64,000 nucleotides of DNA from Gracilinanus agilis (GCF_016433145.1 NC_058130.1:59083798-59147797); one strand, 5' to 3'. Counted from the stretch's first letter, positions 13,058 through 25,775 are shown. A program made the numbers and translations. The notes: a model not told the origin generated them from the sequence alone.

Positions 13058-13335
13058 ACAACCAGCATTTATGAACTGCTTACTAAATGCTAGACAGTAT
13101 GCTAAGTGCTAGGAATAATAGAAGCAAAAAGAAAGAAAATCCCTGCCCTCAATGAATTTACATCCTCATGGGGGAAGACAACATATAAAAGCTAGCAGAA
13201 AAGGGGGGAGGGTTGGGTTATGGATCAAGAAATCTAGAGAATTAGGAGGGGCATCCAGAGAAGAATGAAGTAGTGAGCATTGCTGCCCTAGGACCTTCCT
13301 TAAAATGGAGGTTCAGGAGGAACTAACCAATCATA
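13058..13335 (-). mobile_element. L2-type remnant (marsupial variant) inserted in L1
   Basis: ccagcatttatgaactgcttact...ccctgccctcaatgaatttacat...ggaggaactaaccaat, similar to 1932-2330. Confidence 0.6.
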
Positions 13336-14079
13336 ATTTGCCCATGCGTTCATTTGCTTTTTTATTGAGAATTCCATTTTTCTTGAAAATAATTTAAAGT
13401 TATTTCTAAGATTTTGTCTTTTAGACATTCATTATTTAGGATAAACTTTCCATCATCATTTGGCTAGCATCTTTTGGTTCATATATCTTTTATTGATTAC
13501 CATTTTTATTTTCTTATAGTCTCTGAAGAATATATTTAAAATGTCTTCCTTTCAGCCTTTTTTCATTCCTTGACTATGATCAATTTCTCTATAAATTCCA
13601 TATGAATATGAAAAATAAATATACTCTTTAAGATCCTCATTCAATACTCTCCATAGGCCCATCAAATTCTCATTTTCTAACACTTTTCAAGGCTATAATT
13701 TTCTTCTTGTTTATATTTCTGTTATATTAGTCAGACAGAGAGATGAATGACAAACAATTAGCAAGATAGATAAATATCCTTTGGCAAGTTCCTTCAGGAA
13801 AGTATGGCTGGCAATTTTGGGCTTGTCCTGAATCAGGAATTTAGGCAGAATAGGAATAGGAATAGTTACTTCCTGTCTCTACAGAGAATGAAAGGTGGAT
13901 ACAAAGTTAAGTAGAATCCTGTAGGTGGACATCTCCTGTATTTGGGAAGGGAAAGGAAGGACTAGTTGGAAGGGGTCAATCAAAGGATGAAGCAAGAAAG
14001 GAGACAAAGGGATTTTTCTTAGGATGCGGAAGTGAAAAAAAAATTCTATTTAGCTCCTAAAGCCTCTGCATATTGTTTA

Positions 14080-14290
14080 TTTTTTTTTAATTTTTAAATC
14101 CTTACCTTCCATCTTAGAATCAGTATTGCGTATTGGTTCTAAGGCAGAAGAGAAGTAAGGGCTGGGTAATGGGGGTTAAGTGACTTGTCCAGGGCCACAT
14201 AGCTAGGAAGTGTCTGAGGCCAGATTTGAACCCAGGATCTCCCGTCTCTAGGCCTAGTTCCCAATTCACCACCGAGTCACCTAGCTGTAA
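14080..14290 (-). mobile_element. SINE1_Mdo-like
   Basis: aaatccttaccttccatcttagaatcagta...aagtgacttg...gtcacctagctg. Confidence 0.88.
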
Positions 14291-14913
14291 CCCTTCCCCA
14301 TATTGCTTATTTGTAAAAGAGACTGTTATTGTCTTAATTGTGATTTTATGTAGTTCTTGTCTTTTAAATTGCATTTTCCTATGGAAACCCATGAAGAGAT
14401 CCCCAAAATGACATGAAACCTCCTAGGCACCATTCTTATGCTTTGATAGTATACCTTCTTGGGCTGGTATTGGTGGGCAGAGTTAGAGATAATAAGGTTG
14501 GGTGAGGGGGGGGCTTGGATAATTGTGAATGAGATTTGGGGTTTCCTAAGAACTTTTTAGTAGAACTTAAAAGAGAATCCACTTGGTTCACCTGGGCTCT
14601 AATTCCCTTTTTGTCACTGACTCTATAACTTCAGCAAACCTCTTCCTTCTCCTTCCATATAGTGTTTCCCAAACAAAAATAAACACTACATGAATATTAA
14701 TTATTATTAACCATTATATACATATATATGGAGATAGAGACATAGACAGAGAAAAGGTGGGGTGGGAACAGAGACAGAGAGACAGAGATAGAGACAGAGT
14801 GAGAGAGGTAATTACCCAAGTTGCAAAGGCAGCATGGTGTTGTGGGACATTGAGCCAGGAAGATGTGGGTTTAAATCTTATCTTAGACACGTATTTAGAC
14901 AAGTCATTTAAAC

Positions 14914-15399
14914 TTTTTTCATCCTTTGGTTTTTGACCATTCTCCTCCTTCTGGTCTGTTTTTCTTTGTAGGTTATCTTTCACTTTCTTTTCCTCATTTT
15001 CAAGCTTGTCAATTCTGGCTTTCAAGACACTATTTTCTTGTTTTAGTTCATGTGCCTCTGTTTCCAGATGACTTATTTTGCTTTTTAAGCTCTTTCCCCA
15101 ATTGTCTTCAGCTCAGCCTCTCTTAATTGTTTTTTGAATTGTGTTTTGAGTTTTTCCAAAGCCTAAGTCCAAATCGCTGGAGTTTCTGCATTTTGCTTGG
15201 TGTTCATTGGTCCTCCTCTGTTCCATTTGATCTTTGTTTATTGCCTGGATAGAATCTGTCAATTGTAATTTCTTTTTTCTTTTTCTATTGTTTACTCATA
15301 TTTTTTCCTTCTTTCCCCCCTGTCATCGGCTATAATCTTGCTTCTCTGATTATTTGCTATATCTGTGGGTTTGGGCTATTCTGTCCTGAAGGGGCTTCC
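14914..15399 (-). mobile_element. L1 fragment (end of 5' UTR and N-terminal ORF1)
   Basis: Minus-strand translation gives a coiled-coil-like KARIDKLENEEKKVKDNLQRKTDQKEE of opossum L1 ORF1 type. It sits inside a MIR remnant. Confidence 0.7.
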
Positions 15400-15486
15400 A
15401 GTTGCTTTACTTTTGAAGGATAAAATTACCTTTAAGGCAAGTTAAGAAATAATAATCTATTATCTATCTTTTCTATCATTCTTTCC

Positions 15487-15629
15487 NNNNNNNNNNNNNN
15501 NNNNNNNNNNNNNNNNNNNNNNNNNNNNNNNNNNNNNNNNNNNNNNNNNNNNNNNNNNNNNNNNNNNNNNNNNNNNNNNNNNNNNNNNNNNNNNNNNNNN
15601 NNNNNNNNNNNNNNNNNNNNNNNNNNNNN
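15487..15629. other. Assembly gap (143 N)
   Basis: Run of N. Confidence 0.99.
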
Positions 15630-15636
15630 TCAATTC

Positions 15637-15838
15637 TTTTTTTTTATAACCCTTACCTTCCGTCTTGGAGTGAATACTGTGTATTGGCTCCAAGGCAAAA
15701 GAGTGGTAAGGGCTAGGCAATGAGGGTCAAGTGACTTGCCCAGGGTCACACAGCTATGGAGTGTGAGGCCAGATTTGAACCTAGGACCTCCCATCTCTAG
15801 GCCTGGCTCTCAATCCACTGAGCCACCCAGCTGCCCCC
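15637..15838 (-). mobile_element. SINE1_Mdo-like, apparently nested in the tail of an older copy
   Basis: Complete, little-diverged element; tcaattct occurs on both sides. Confidence 0.9.
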
Positions 15839-15844
15839 CTTAGC

Positions 15845-15995
15845 ATCAATTCTAAGAGACTGGTAAGGGCTAGGAAATTGAGGTTAAATGACTTGCCTAG
15901 GGCCACACAGCTAGGAAATGTCTGAGGTCATATTTGAATCCAGGATCTTCTGACTACAGTCCTAGGGCTCTATCCAATATAATACCTACCTGCCC
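15845..15995 (-). mobile_element. Older SINE1-like copy
   Basis: tcaattctaagagactggtaagggctagg...aaatgacttgcc...cagctaggaaatgtctgagg...acctacctgccc. Confidence 0.75.
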
Positions 15996-16310
15996 TTTGT
16001 TGTGATTTTTTTTCTGAGAGACCTCTGGCAGGAATCTGTATGATTGACTTTCACTATTTTTACTATATCATGCTTCTAGTTTGCGTTTGTGATCTTTATT
16101 CTGAATTTCTCATCTATTTCTTTTGTCTGTCTAAGTGGTCTGCATAATATTCCAATGAAAACATTGCTTCTGTATCTGCCTCCAATGAATTTTTCCAAGT
16201 GTTCTTTACCATGTTTTCCTCTTCTGATTCCTGAATTCCTTATATGAATATATCTAAATTTACAATTCACTCCTCCATCTTTATTTTCTTTCTTTTGAGT
16301 CACATTTCAG
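15996..16310 (-). mobile_element. Very old L1 ORF1-like remnant
   Basis: The minus strand gives a degraded NL.I.GI.ESEEEN motif typical of the L1 ORF1 RRM start. Confidence 0.45.
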
Positions 16311-17380
16311 TTATGGGACCCATCTACCAAGTCTCCCTCCCTCCTCATATGAGGAGTTTGCCTTGCTTGTTAGAGCAAATCATGCTTGGTGGAAACTCCA
16401 AATCCAACAGGCAAGCCTTTCCTTTAGCAGCATTGACATAGTCTGAATCAGCTTGACAAATCCCTATCAGTCTGTTGAACTAGGAAGTCATATGGGCTGG
16501 GTAACCTTATGGCCTGCAATCTAATATACCATATGGTAACCAAGATCAGTCATTGAAACAGCCCAAAGAGCCACACTGCAGGTATTGTGCAAGATCATAG
16601 ACCACTGAATTTTTAAAACTGGCCAGGACCTGATTCATTTTATAGGAGAGCAAACATTAGGACCTTATTCAGCTCAGGATCTCATTTAGTGGGTTCTGTG
16701 TTCATGTCTTTCTGACTCCAGCAGAGAATGTCTACTCAATACACCTGAATCTTTGTCTGGTTATTTTAAATTTTCTTATGGATGGAACTGATAGGGAGGG
16801 AACATGTGCCATGGAAAGAATGCTGGATTTGCAGCTGGAGGACCTGGGGTCTCTGTTTCAGCTCTCTAGAATGAGGGAGTTGGACCAAGCAGCGTCTAAT
16901 ATCTCTCCTAGATATGGCCCTCTGATCCTCTAACTAAAGCACCATGGGTTTCCGTTTCTTATCTCATAGAAGCTACATTTAGTAGTAAAAAGTTCACAGA
17001 GCTTGGAGTCAGGAAATCCTTGGTTCAAGTTCAGACTCTGACACATGTATCAGTCACCCTGGGCAAATAATTTAACCTCTTGAGATAGTTTTCTCATCTA
17101 TGAAATGGGAGTAATAATAGCATCAACCTCAAAGGTAGGTTATCAGACAAAGGAGTAAAGTGAAGGTAAGAGGTAAGCAGTGTTCTGAGGCTCTTTTTAA
17201 TGAGCACCGTGCCAGCTGCAATTAGGACCATTTGGAGAACCTTATCCTGGATAGAGAATTTCTCTTCTATTTGAATTCTGTGAGAAACGTCTTCTATGAT
17301 GCTGGCAAAAAACTTGGGAAGGGGAAACCCCAAAGTCTCATCAAATATGTGCTTTCTTTCCATCTGTATCAGGACATCAG

Positions 17381-17643
17381 NNNNNNNNNNNNNNNNNNNN
17401 NNNNNNNNNNNNNNNNNNNNNNNNNNNNNNNNNNNNNNNNNNNNNNNNNNNNNNNNNNNNNNNNNNNNNNNNNNNNNNNNNNNNNNNNNNNNNNNNNNNN
17501 NNNNNNNNNNNNNNNNNNNNNNNNNNNNNNNNNNNNNNNNNNNNNNNNNNNNNNNNNNNNNNNNNNNNNNNNNNNNNNNNNNNNNNNNNNNNNNNNNNNN
17601 NNNNNNNNNNNNNNNNNNNNNNNNNNNNNNNNNNNNNNNNNNN
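17381..17643. other. Assembly gap (263 N)
   Basis: Run of N. Confidence 0.99.
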
Positions 17644-17769
17644 TTCATACATAGACCATTTTTATAAAGATTTTGTAGAGAAGACAATTTTGATATATGG
17701 TAGGTCAGTAGTTGTCAATGTCTTTTTGGACAACTTTTGTGGTGGGTGAAAGTACTATTAATTCCTAAT

Positions 17770-18250
17770 TGTTACAATTATAACATAGTATATAACTACA
17801 TATACATATACATTCATCATATATGGTATATAGTTATAGATATACCACATGTATCTATAACTATACGTGCTATATTAGTATATATATATATACCTACATA
17901 TCATATATGGAATATAATTATACATACTTAAATGTTATATGTAGAATATAATTATATATATTGTATATGGTATATTTACTACATACATCATATTTATAAT
18001 ACATTTATATGTACTATATATTTATTTACATATAGTATGTTTACTATATGTGGTATATTACTAAACAGTTATATGCATTACATATTTATTTTATATAGTA
18101 AGTTCACTTTATGTAGCATATTTACTATACATATATGTACTAAATATTTTTATATAGTATGTATATACTATATAATGAAATATATAGTAAACACATATAA
18201 GGATAGCATATCATATCTATGCTATATATAAACATAAATGTATATAAACA
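17770..18250. repeat. Degenerate (TA)n-rich low-complexity tract
   Basis: Almost pure A/T alternation with scattered C and G. Confidence 0.9.
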
Positions 18251-18829
18251 TTTATCTGACTCTATTTGCTGTTGCTGAAGAAACTAAGTTGAAGAAGAAT
18301 TTAATTGACCAGCACATGGATCGATAATTGGCAGGATTAGAACGCAGGTCTTTTGCTTGCCAGTACATTGCTCTTTTGTCTTCTCAATTGACTAGACATT
18401 GCTCATCTGAAGGAATCATGACTTTTCACTTTTAGCTATAGCTTTGGCACAGTAGAGGGCAGTGAAAGACTGTCATTGGATATCGTGTCCCAGCTCCACA
18501 GAACCAAAGCACAGCAGGGTCCAGGTTGACTGGAGAGAGATCAGCGAGTAGAATTTAGTTTGTATTAATGAGGATGTACTGTACTGGCCTCCCTTACCTT
18601 CCTCGGGCAGCTCAGTGCCAAACCCAGCTGGGCTGTGAAAAATTAAAGAGGAAATCCAGGCGCCTCCACAGCAGTAATAAAACCACAGTAAAGAGGAGGG
18701 AGGAAAGCCGGGAGCTTGGAAGCAACTCAAGGGGAGGCACCAGATTGCATAGCAGTTTGCTTCTGGTTCATGATTCCAGCCCCACTCATGCCCTATCCAG
18801 CTCTTCCTTTTTCTTTTCTAAGCTACTGT

Positions 18830-19025
18830 CTATTACTAGTATCTTCCCTTTTATGGTCCCTTAGAGCTCTTACATTAGATGTGCCAAAGTTCCCATCAGT
18901 TTTGACATTCTATATTTTCAGTTCCTTTTCTAGCTCTAACATTCTACATTCTAAATTCTCTTCTAAGTTTTGGCAATCTGTGTTCTAAGATCCCCAGTAG
19001 CACTAACATTGTAGGTTCTAAGGCT
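18830..19025 (+). repeat. Degenerate ~33-bp tandem array resembling the MIR3/L3 3' tail
   Basis: Recurring ttctaag.tccc..cagctct.acattct.tg unit. Confidence 0.65.
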
Positions 19026-19784
19026 AGTTCTGTGAACTCAGGACTGGAGTAAGGGAAGATTTGCTGCTAGGAGACTTCTAGGATCTATTTCATTTTTTTC
19101 CCCCTATGGGTTTCCTGCATCATGGAACTACCACTTCATTCCCCAAAGCCACAGGCTTTTTTTTTACCAAGGAAGGTGACAGCAACATTACTTATTAACA
19201 GCTTAGTAATAATGATGACACTAAATTGGCAGCAACGTATTACTTATTAATGACTTAGTAAAAATGATGACACTACTTTTCCTCTGCTAAAGTCATAATC
19301 GAAAGCCTGTCTTGGGATGGAAGTGATCTTAGGTTCTCAAAGGCTAAACTCATGGGAAACAAATCCTAGCAGTTTCTACCAGACTAGAAAGGCTTTAAGT
19401 AAATGCTCAGTAAAAGTCTGTCCTGGATGCTGATTAATTTTTTGCCAGAGAAAAATTTGGAGACTTTGTACTAAGTCATAGAAAGATTGTAATTTATATC
19501 ATTGGGTAACTTTACACAACAAAATAATTGATCTTTGAAAGATGGAAGTATTTATACAGTACAAGACTCTTACATGAGACATTATTAATATTATTTGTGT
19601 CATTATAATGGTAGCTGTGCCTAGTTTAAGGGACATTGTGGGTCAACCTCCACTCAGAATTATAGCTTCTGAGCCCCAACCACTATGTTTCTTTTCCTGG
19701 CTGTCTAGAGGATGTACTAATGGAAAATATGGTATTTAATTGAACAATGATAATAAATTAAAAAGAAAAATTCTCCTATACACT

Positions 19785-19985
19785 TTATTTTAAAAATCCT
19801 TACCTTCCATCTTAGAGTTAATACTTTGTATTGTTCCTAAGGCAGAAGAGTGGTAAAGGACTAGGCAATGGGGGTTAAGTGACTTGCCCAGGGTCACATA
19901 GCTAGGAATTATTTGAGGCCAGATTTAACCCACAACCTCCTATCTCTGGGCCTGGCTCTCAGTCTATAGAGCCACCTAGCTGCCA
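19785..19985 (-). mobile_element. SINE1_Mdo-like
   Basis: atccttaccttccatcttagag...ggcagaagagtggtaa...gccacctagctgcc. Confidence 0.9.
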
Positions 19986-21569
19986 CTTCTCATATATTTT
20001 AGGGAATATTCCCTTAGGGATTACCAAACCACCAGGGAGAGGAGTGATACCCATAGGAAACAGGAATAAGCATGGCAGTGACAAATTTTGTAGGAAGTAC
20101 CTTTCGTTAGGGAAGGACCTAAACAAAGAAGCTAACAAATAAATCTAGCTAATCATAGAAAGCAGTAAAGCTTAAAGTTGATTTTTTTTAAATTCAAGGA
20201 TATATTTTTCTTTTAAGTTTTAATAGTTTAAAACTACTGTTAAGACTTTTGAAACATCCAATATATTTTGAATACTTTTTTTTTTGTTTGTTTGTTTGTT
20301 TGTTTGTTTTGTTTTTTAAGGCTCTGTATTTGGCATTATGGAGAATAAAGAAGTCAAAGGCAGGATTATTGCCCTCCTTCTGCTTACAGTCTAGTTGGGA
20401 CCCTCTTTCCTCCCCAGTGGATTTAGTTAGTGGTTTATAGTTTGAATCCCAGTGCTAAATGTGGAGCCTTGGATAAATCATTTAAACTCTCTGGACCTCA
20501 GTTTCCTCCCTTCCTAAAAAAGAGAACTGCACCAAATCTGTAACATCTCCCCTACTTTTTATGATGTGTGACACAAACACACAGGAAGTTAAATAGCATG
20601 AAAAGATTTAAATAATGGTTCCAGACAACAATAGAAGAGCTGTCACACAGCAGCACATGATTAATTGCCAAATTAATTACACAGACAACAATTGCTACAG
20701 GAGTTCAGAGGAGGGAGGAAACGAAACACCTGAATCTTGTTTGCCATCAGTACTGAGTCACACAGAACCAGAAGCTGTCAGAATTGGAAGGGAATTTATA
20801 GAATAGCGAATCCAAGCTCTTCTTTGACAGAAAAAGAAACTGAGGTTAAGTGGTGAAACAACCAATTAGTGACTCAGACAAAATCAATGACTCAATGTCC
20901 TCTAGTTGAAGGGGATCTCAGGGCCATTTAGTCCAATCCCTTCACTTTATAGATGTCAAAACTCAGGCCCAGAGAGGTTAAAGTCACACAAGTAAAGGTC
21001 CAGTTGTCCTGACTTACATTATCAGAAAAGAATAAACAGCTAGAAGGGAAGGAACTTCCCTCTTCTACTTAGAACCCCTAATTTCTTTCAGAGTTCAACT
21101 TAAGTACTACTTTTTATTTTATTTCATTCATTTATTTTTTTGGGAAATTTTATTTAATTAAGTGCCACCTTTTAGATGAGGCTTTTCCTGATCCCCCTGC
21201 TTCAAGTGCCTCTCCCCTCCTCCCAAATCACCTAGCATCTCTTTTATATATACAGATACCTGTAAATATTTCCTCTGAAGGTAGACTATGAGCTCCCTGA
21301 GGGCAGAAACTACCTTACTTTTGCCTTTTTTAGTCTAAATGCTTGATATATGATAAATATAATAATAAATACTTACTGATGGAAAATCAGACAACTTCAT
21401 TTTACAGAAGAAGAAACAGGGACCAAAACAGTATTTTTGAGTGTTTAGACCAGTCATAAAGCCAGATGGTAGAAGAGTCAATAGTAAAATAAGCTCTCCT
21501 GACTCCTTGTGTCCACAGATCTGGAAAGGACCTTAAAGACTTTAAAATCAAATGCTTTCATTTTATTTT

Positions 21570-21965
21570 ATCTTATGTATTTTTCCAGATTATATGTAGA
21601 TACAATGTTAATGATTGTTTTCTGACATCTTATGATCCATATTCTCTCCCTCTTTCCCTCTACTCCTTCCTTTCCAAGAGAGCAAGTAATATGATATAGA
21701 TTTTATGTGTGCTACCATGCAATACATATTTCCTTGTTCATCGTGTTATAAAATAAGACCCATGTCACTTATACTAGAGAATGTTTCCTAAAGATAATAA
21801 AGCGAAGAATGGCATACTTCAATCTGCATTCAGACTTCATCAGTTCCATCTTTGGCGGTGGATAGCCTTTTCTGTCTTGAGTCTCTTGGATTTGTCTTGG
21901 ATCCTCGAGTTGCTGAAAATAGGTAGGTCATTTGCAGTTGATTATTGTACATTATCGCTGTTACT
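21570..21965 (-). mobile_element. Marsupial L1 3' UTR fragment
   Basis: gcaagtaatatgatatag, catacttcaatctgcattcagac...catcagttc, gtcttggatc...gttgctga motifs. Confidence 0.75.
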
Positions 21966-23618
21966 ACTAACACTTTCGTTTTAGAGATAAGAAGACTGAG
22001 TCTCAGAGAAGAAAAGTGGCTTCTTCCTGGTCATGAAACAAATTGTAAGCAGAACCAGATCTCAAAATCCAGTTTCTTAACTCTCAGGCCAGTGGTCTTC
22101 ATGCTATATTATTCAGTTAAAAACAGATTTTCTGGGAAGGGTTGCAAATGGTACAAGGACAACAGAGGGACAGTCTGCTTTTATTATTTCCTACAGGTGA
22201 GCTAGGCTCCATCCATCTCACTTCACTGGGTTCCTTGGGGTCTGTCAGTTTATAACATTCTCCTTGTGTCTTCTCTACAGCCCTTTAGCTATTGGCCCAT
22301 CACAATGGCTTAACAGGAAGACCATTCTCAGCAGGGACGATGGGACCATTAGACCCATTTGTGAATGGACTCTGAGAGATCTGAGCTACTTCTGATTGTT
22401 CTGATGTTCTAGAATAGAGAGACCCCACAAATGAGTATTGCCAGTCACTTCAGTGCATTGAATTTTGGGCACAAAGTAGACCTCGATATCCAGATACTAC
22501 AGCTATGGGCAGGCATGAGTGAGGAGCTGAAGAGAAGGTTGGTTACAAACCATTCACCACATCAGCAAAGGGGCCAAGTCCTGGTTGCCTCATTCTGGGC
22601 TGTGAGATAATTGTGGTTTAACCACATTTTATATTAGCTGATGCTTATATTGGAAGCTACTTACCCTCTCTCTCATCTCTAAAGAGATGGAGCCGGTCCC
22701 TCCCAACTCTCAAAATCCTGCCATTCTGACAGTGGAGTGCTAGGCAGTTCATAAATTTTGATTGATTGGAGATCTCAAAACACAAGATCACAATTCCAAA
22801 GATACACCATTGAAACTAGACTCTTTGAGGAAAAGAACTGTTTCTGACTTTGTCATTGTATTCCCCAGCACCTAATATACTGCAATTGCCTAGGCATTAC
22901 CTAACAAATGCTTGACTGATATTTTTCTATTTCAAAAAATATAATTAGTCTATCTTCAAATACCAAACACTTAGAATAACGAGCTGAAGAGGCTCACGTG
23001 ATCTTTAGTTGATGGGCAATCCTCTTATTTTGCAGAGGAGAAAATAAAGTCTCAGAGTAATTGTCACTTTCCCAGGTCAGAAACCTAGTTAGTAATGGAG
23101 TTAGGATTAGAATCTGGGTCTTCTGACTCCCAGGCCAGTAAATCAGTCCATGGAGACAGAAATGTCACCTAGAAGGACCTTCAGGATTTTTATCTTTATA
23201 TCTTATTGATCATCTGAACAAGGACTTGGCACCTTCTTTACTGTGCTTCCCATTAAGTTATACTGGCTTAGATAAATAGGGTTCTGATTTCAATCCCTGG
23301 CCTCAGTGATCCTTAGATTGTTGGTATAGGGCTGAACTCAACAACAGGCTTAGTAGGAATTCACTTTCATGCTATGGTGAGTTGCTGGGAAGATAATATG
23401 ACCCTCACCTATTATCTGCCTCACTTCACTAAACAAACAAAACCCAGACCCTAGACTCTCAGGCATGGTGTACTGGCTTGTGAAAAGCCATAATTAGAAA
23501 TCCATTTCTTTAGCTTGGTATTTGTAGTGGGATAAACACTGAATCTAGAGTCTGAGGACTTGGGCTGGGAGTCACAGATTTGCTACTAAACTATTTTTGA
23601 GACCGAATCATTTTCCTT

Positions 23619-23856
23619 TAGTTGGTACAGTGAATAGAATGCCAGAATTGGAATGAGGCAGACTCATCTCTATGAATTCAAATCTGGCCTCAGATGCTTA
23701 CTAGATGTGTGACCCTGGACAAGTCACTTAACTCTGCCTCAGTTTCCTCGTTTTTAAAGTGAGAAGGAAATGGTAAACCATTCTGGTATCTTTGCCAAGA
23801 AAATCCCACATGGGGTCACAAAGAGTTGGCCACAACTAAAAAGACTGCACAACAAC
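23619..23856 (+). mobile_element. MAR1-type SINE
   Basis: aattcaaatctggcctcaga...gagaaggaaatggtaaaccattctggtatctttgccaagaaaatccc...(aca)n. Confidence 0.85.
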
Positions 23857-24159
23857 ATTTTGCTTGTCTGGGGCTTGTTTCCTTATCTTTAAATGATGGG
23901 GGAGGGGGATGGACTAGATGATCTCTAGAAAATACAGACTTAAGTGTACCAGTGACAAATTTGGTCCATGTCAAGAGGTTTCTATGTTCCGGTCCAGATT
24001 GCTAACAGCATCAGCACCAGCTGAAACTCCTTATCCTTGAGTAGGGTTGGAAAAACACATGACTTCTAGTAATCCTTGAGTGATTAAGTATCATTTATGC
24101 TGTTACCGATCTATAGAATCCTTCTATTTTAGATCCTATAATTCTTTGATTCTAGACTG

Positions 24160-24700
24160 GTAAATTGGTTAATGTTCTTGGCCTGATCTTCTTGGCATAT
24201 TGTGATCAGTCTCTCTGCCTTAAGTCTCTCCCCATTGCAATCCATCCTCCGTACAATGGCCGCAGTAATTTTCTTTATGCGGAGTTTTAACCATGTCACT
24301 CAATAAGCTCCCAGTTGTTTCTAAAATCAAATATAAATCCCCGTTTGACTTTTAAAGCCTTTGGCAAAGTGCCCTCAGTCTATGTTTCCAGTCTTGTTGA
24401 ATATTATTTTTCCTAGATTCTATGATAGAGCCAGATTGGTCTTTTCTCTGTTGGTTTTTTTTTTTTTTACATTTTTACTTATTTAAATTTATTTAGTAAT
24501 TTATTGATTTTGTTGATGAACACTTATTGATTTAACAATTCCATGTAAATTCTCTGTTCTTCACACACAACACTCCATCTCCATTCTCTATTCCTTGGTA
24601 ATGGCCACTCATCTTTCATGCCTGGAATGTACTCCCTTTTCACCTCCACCTTTCTTCTTTCAATATATTACTCTATCACTGTTTCTCACTCAATCACTGC
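24160..24700 (+). mobile_element. L2 LINE 3' fragment
   Basis: ctctccccattgcaatccatcctcc, catgtcactc, aaaatcaaatataaa, gcctggaatgtactccc. Confidence 0.6.
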
Positions 24701-24704
24701 ATCT

Positions 24705-24935
24705 TGGCAGCTAACTGTTGCAGTGAACCTAAGCCTGGAATTAGGAAGGTCTGAGTTTAAATCCTGCCTCAGATCCTTACTAGCTGTTTAACCCTGAACA
24801 AGTCACTCTCTTTGCCTCAGTTTTCTCATTTATAAAATTGGAATAATAACATCTATCTCATGTGAAATATTTGTAAGTTATTAGTACAGTGTCTGGCACA
24901 CAGTAGTAGGTGCGTTATAAATGATTATCCTCTTT
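24705..24935 (+). mobile_element. MIR (Ther1-type) SINE
   Basis: gagtttaaatcctgcctcaga...tttgcctcagttttctcatttataaaat...agtacagtgtctggcacacagtag (L2-type tail). Confidence 0.75.
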
Positions 24936-24949
24936 CCCTCATATTTTAT

Positions 24950-25137
24950 TTTTTTAAAAAAAACCCTTTATCTTCTGTCTTCTTTTCAATACTGCATATT
25001 GATTCTAAGGCAAACAAGAAAAATAGTGAGTGACTTATCCAGGATCATACAGCTAGGAAGTATTTAAGGCTAGACTTGAATCCAAGACCTCCTGTTCCTG
25101 GGCTGGCTCTTTCCACTGAACTACTTAGGTGCCTCCC
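24950..25137 (-). mobile_element. SINE1_Mdo-like (diverged)
   Basis: aaccctttatcttctgtctt...ttgattctaaggca...cagctaggaagta...ccactgaactac. Confidence 0.75.
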
Positions 25138-25214
25138 TAAGACATATTTTTACTTTTATTATTTTATTATTCACTTTTATTATTTATTATTATTACTACA
25201 TATTTTTATTTTTA

Positions 25215-25401
25215 TTTTTTAGAAACCCTTACCTTCCATCTTAGAATCAGTACTAGGTAGAAGAGTGGTAAGGGCTAGGCAATGGGGGTCAAGTGACTTG
25301 CCCAGGGTCACACAGGTAGGAAGTGTCTGAGGCAAGATTTGAACCCAGGACATCCTGTCTCTGGGCCTGGCTCTCAAGCCACTGAGCCACCCAGCTGCCC
25401 C
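25215..25401 (-). mobile_element. SINE1_Mdo-like
   Basis: aaacccttaccttccatcttag...gagccacccagctgcccc. Confidence 0.9.
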
Positions 25402-25568
25402 TCCCCTTATCTTTTGAATGAATGAAGCCTTTCCTAATCTCCCTAGTTACTACTGCCCACCCTCTCAGATTATCTTATATTTAAGTCCATTGTATTTCTT
25501 TCATTTTATAATTTATTCTGTGGGGAAAGATAGAGTTCCTTTGTTCTCAAGAGGCTGATATTCTAGTG

Positions 25569-25775
25569 CAGGGGTCTGTAATGTATGGCTCTCAAGCCAT
25601 ATATGGCTCTTTTGAGGGCCAGATATGGCTCTTTCTGCAGGAGCCATAAAGTCCATTTTTTTTTCAGGCGCTGTTACAGGAGCCGCACTGTGAGCACTGT
25701 ATGGCTCTCACGAAATTACATTTAAAAAAATGTGGCATTTATGGCTCTCATGGCCAAAAAGGTTGCCAACCCCTG
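25569..25775. mobile_element. Non-autonomous hAT (Charlie-type) MITE, family A
   Basis: Ends caggggtctgtaa.../...gttgccaacccctg form degenerate TIRs. Perfect 8-bp TSD ttctagtg at 25561-25568 and 25776-25783. Confidence 0.9.

Larger units (their letters stand above)
11870..13720 (-). mobile_element. Old L1 ORF2 remnant, interrupted by a SINE1 and an L2-type element
   Basis: T-rich antisense ORF2 motifs (gagtgggcatctttgc, ttttttctgcatttattgat, tgttcattagtgatactgg, ttctctataaattccatatga). Confidence 0.7.

Noticed and set aside
17094-17687. ORFs of 91-197 aa around the second gap
   Set aside because: Their length comes from the N run. The real part (DVLIQMERKHIFDETLGFPLPKFF...) only faintly suggests a LINE reverse transcriptase and I could not assign it.
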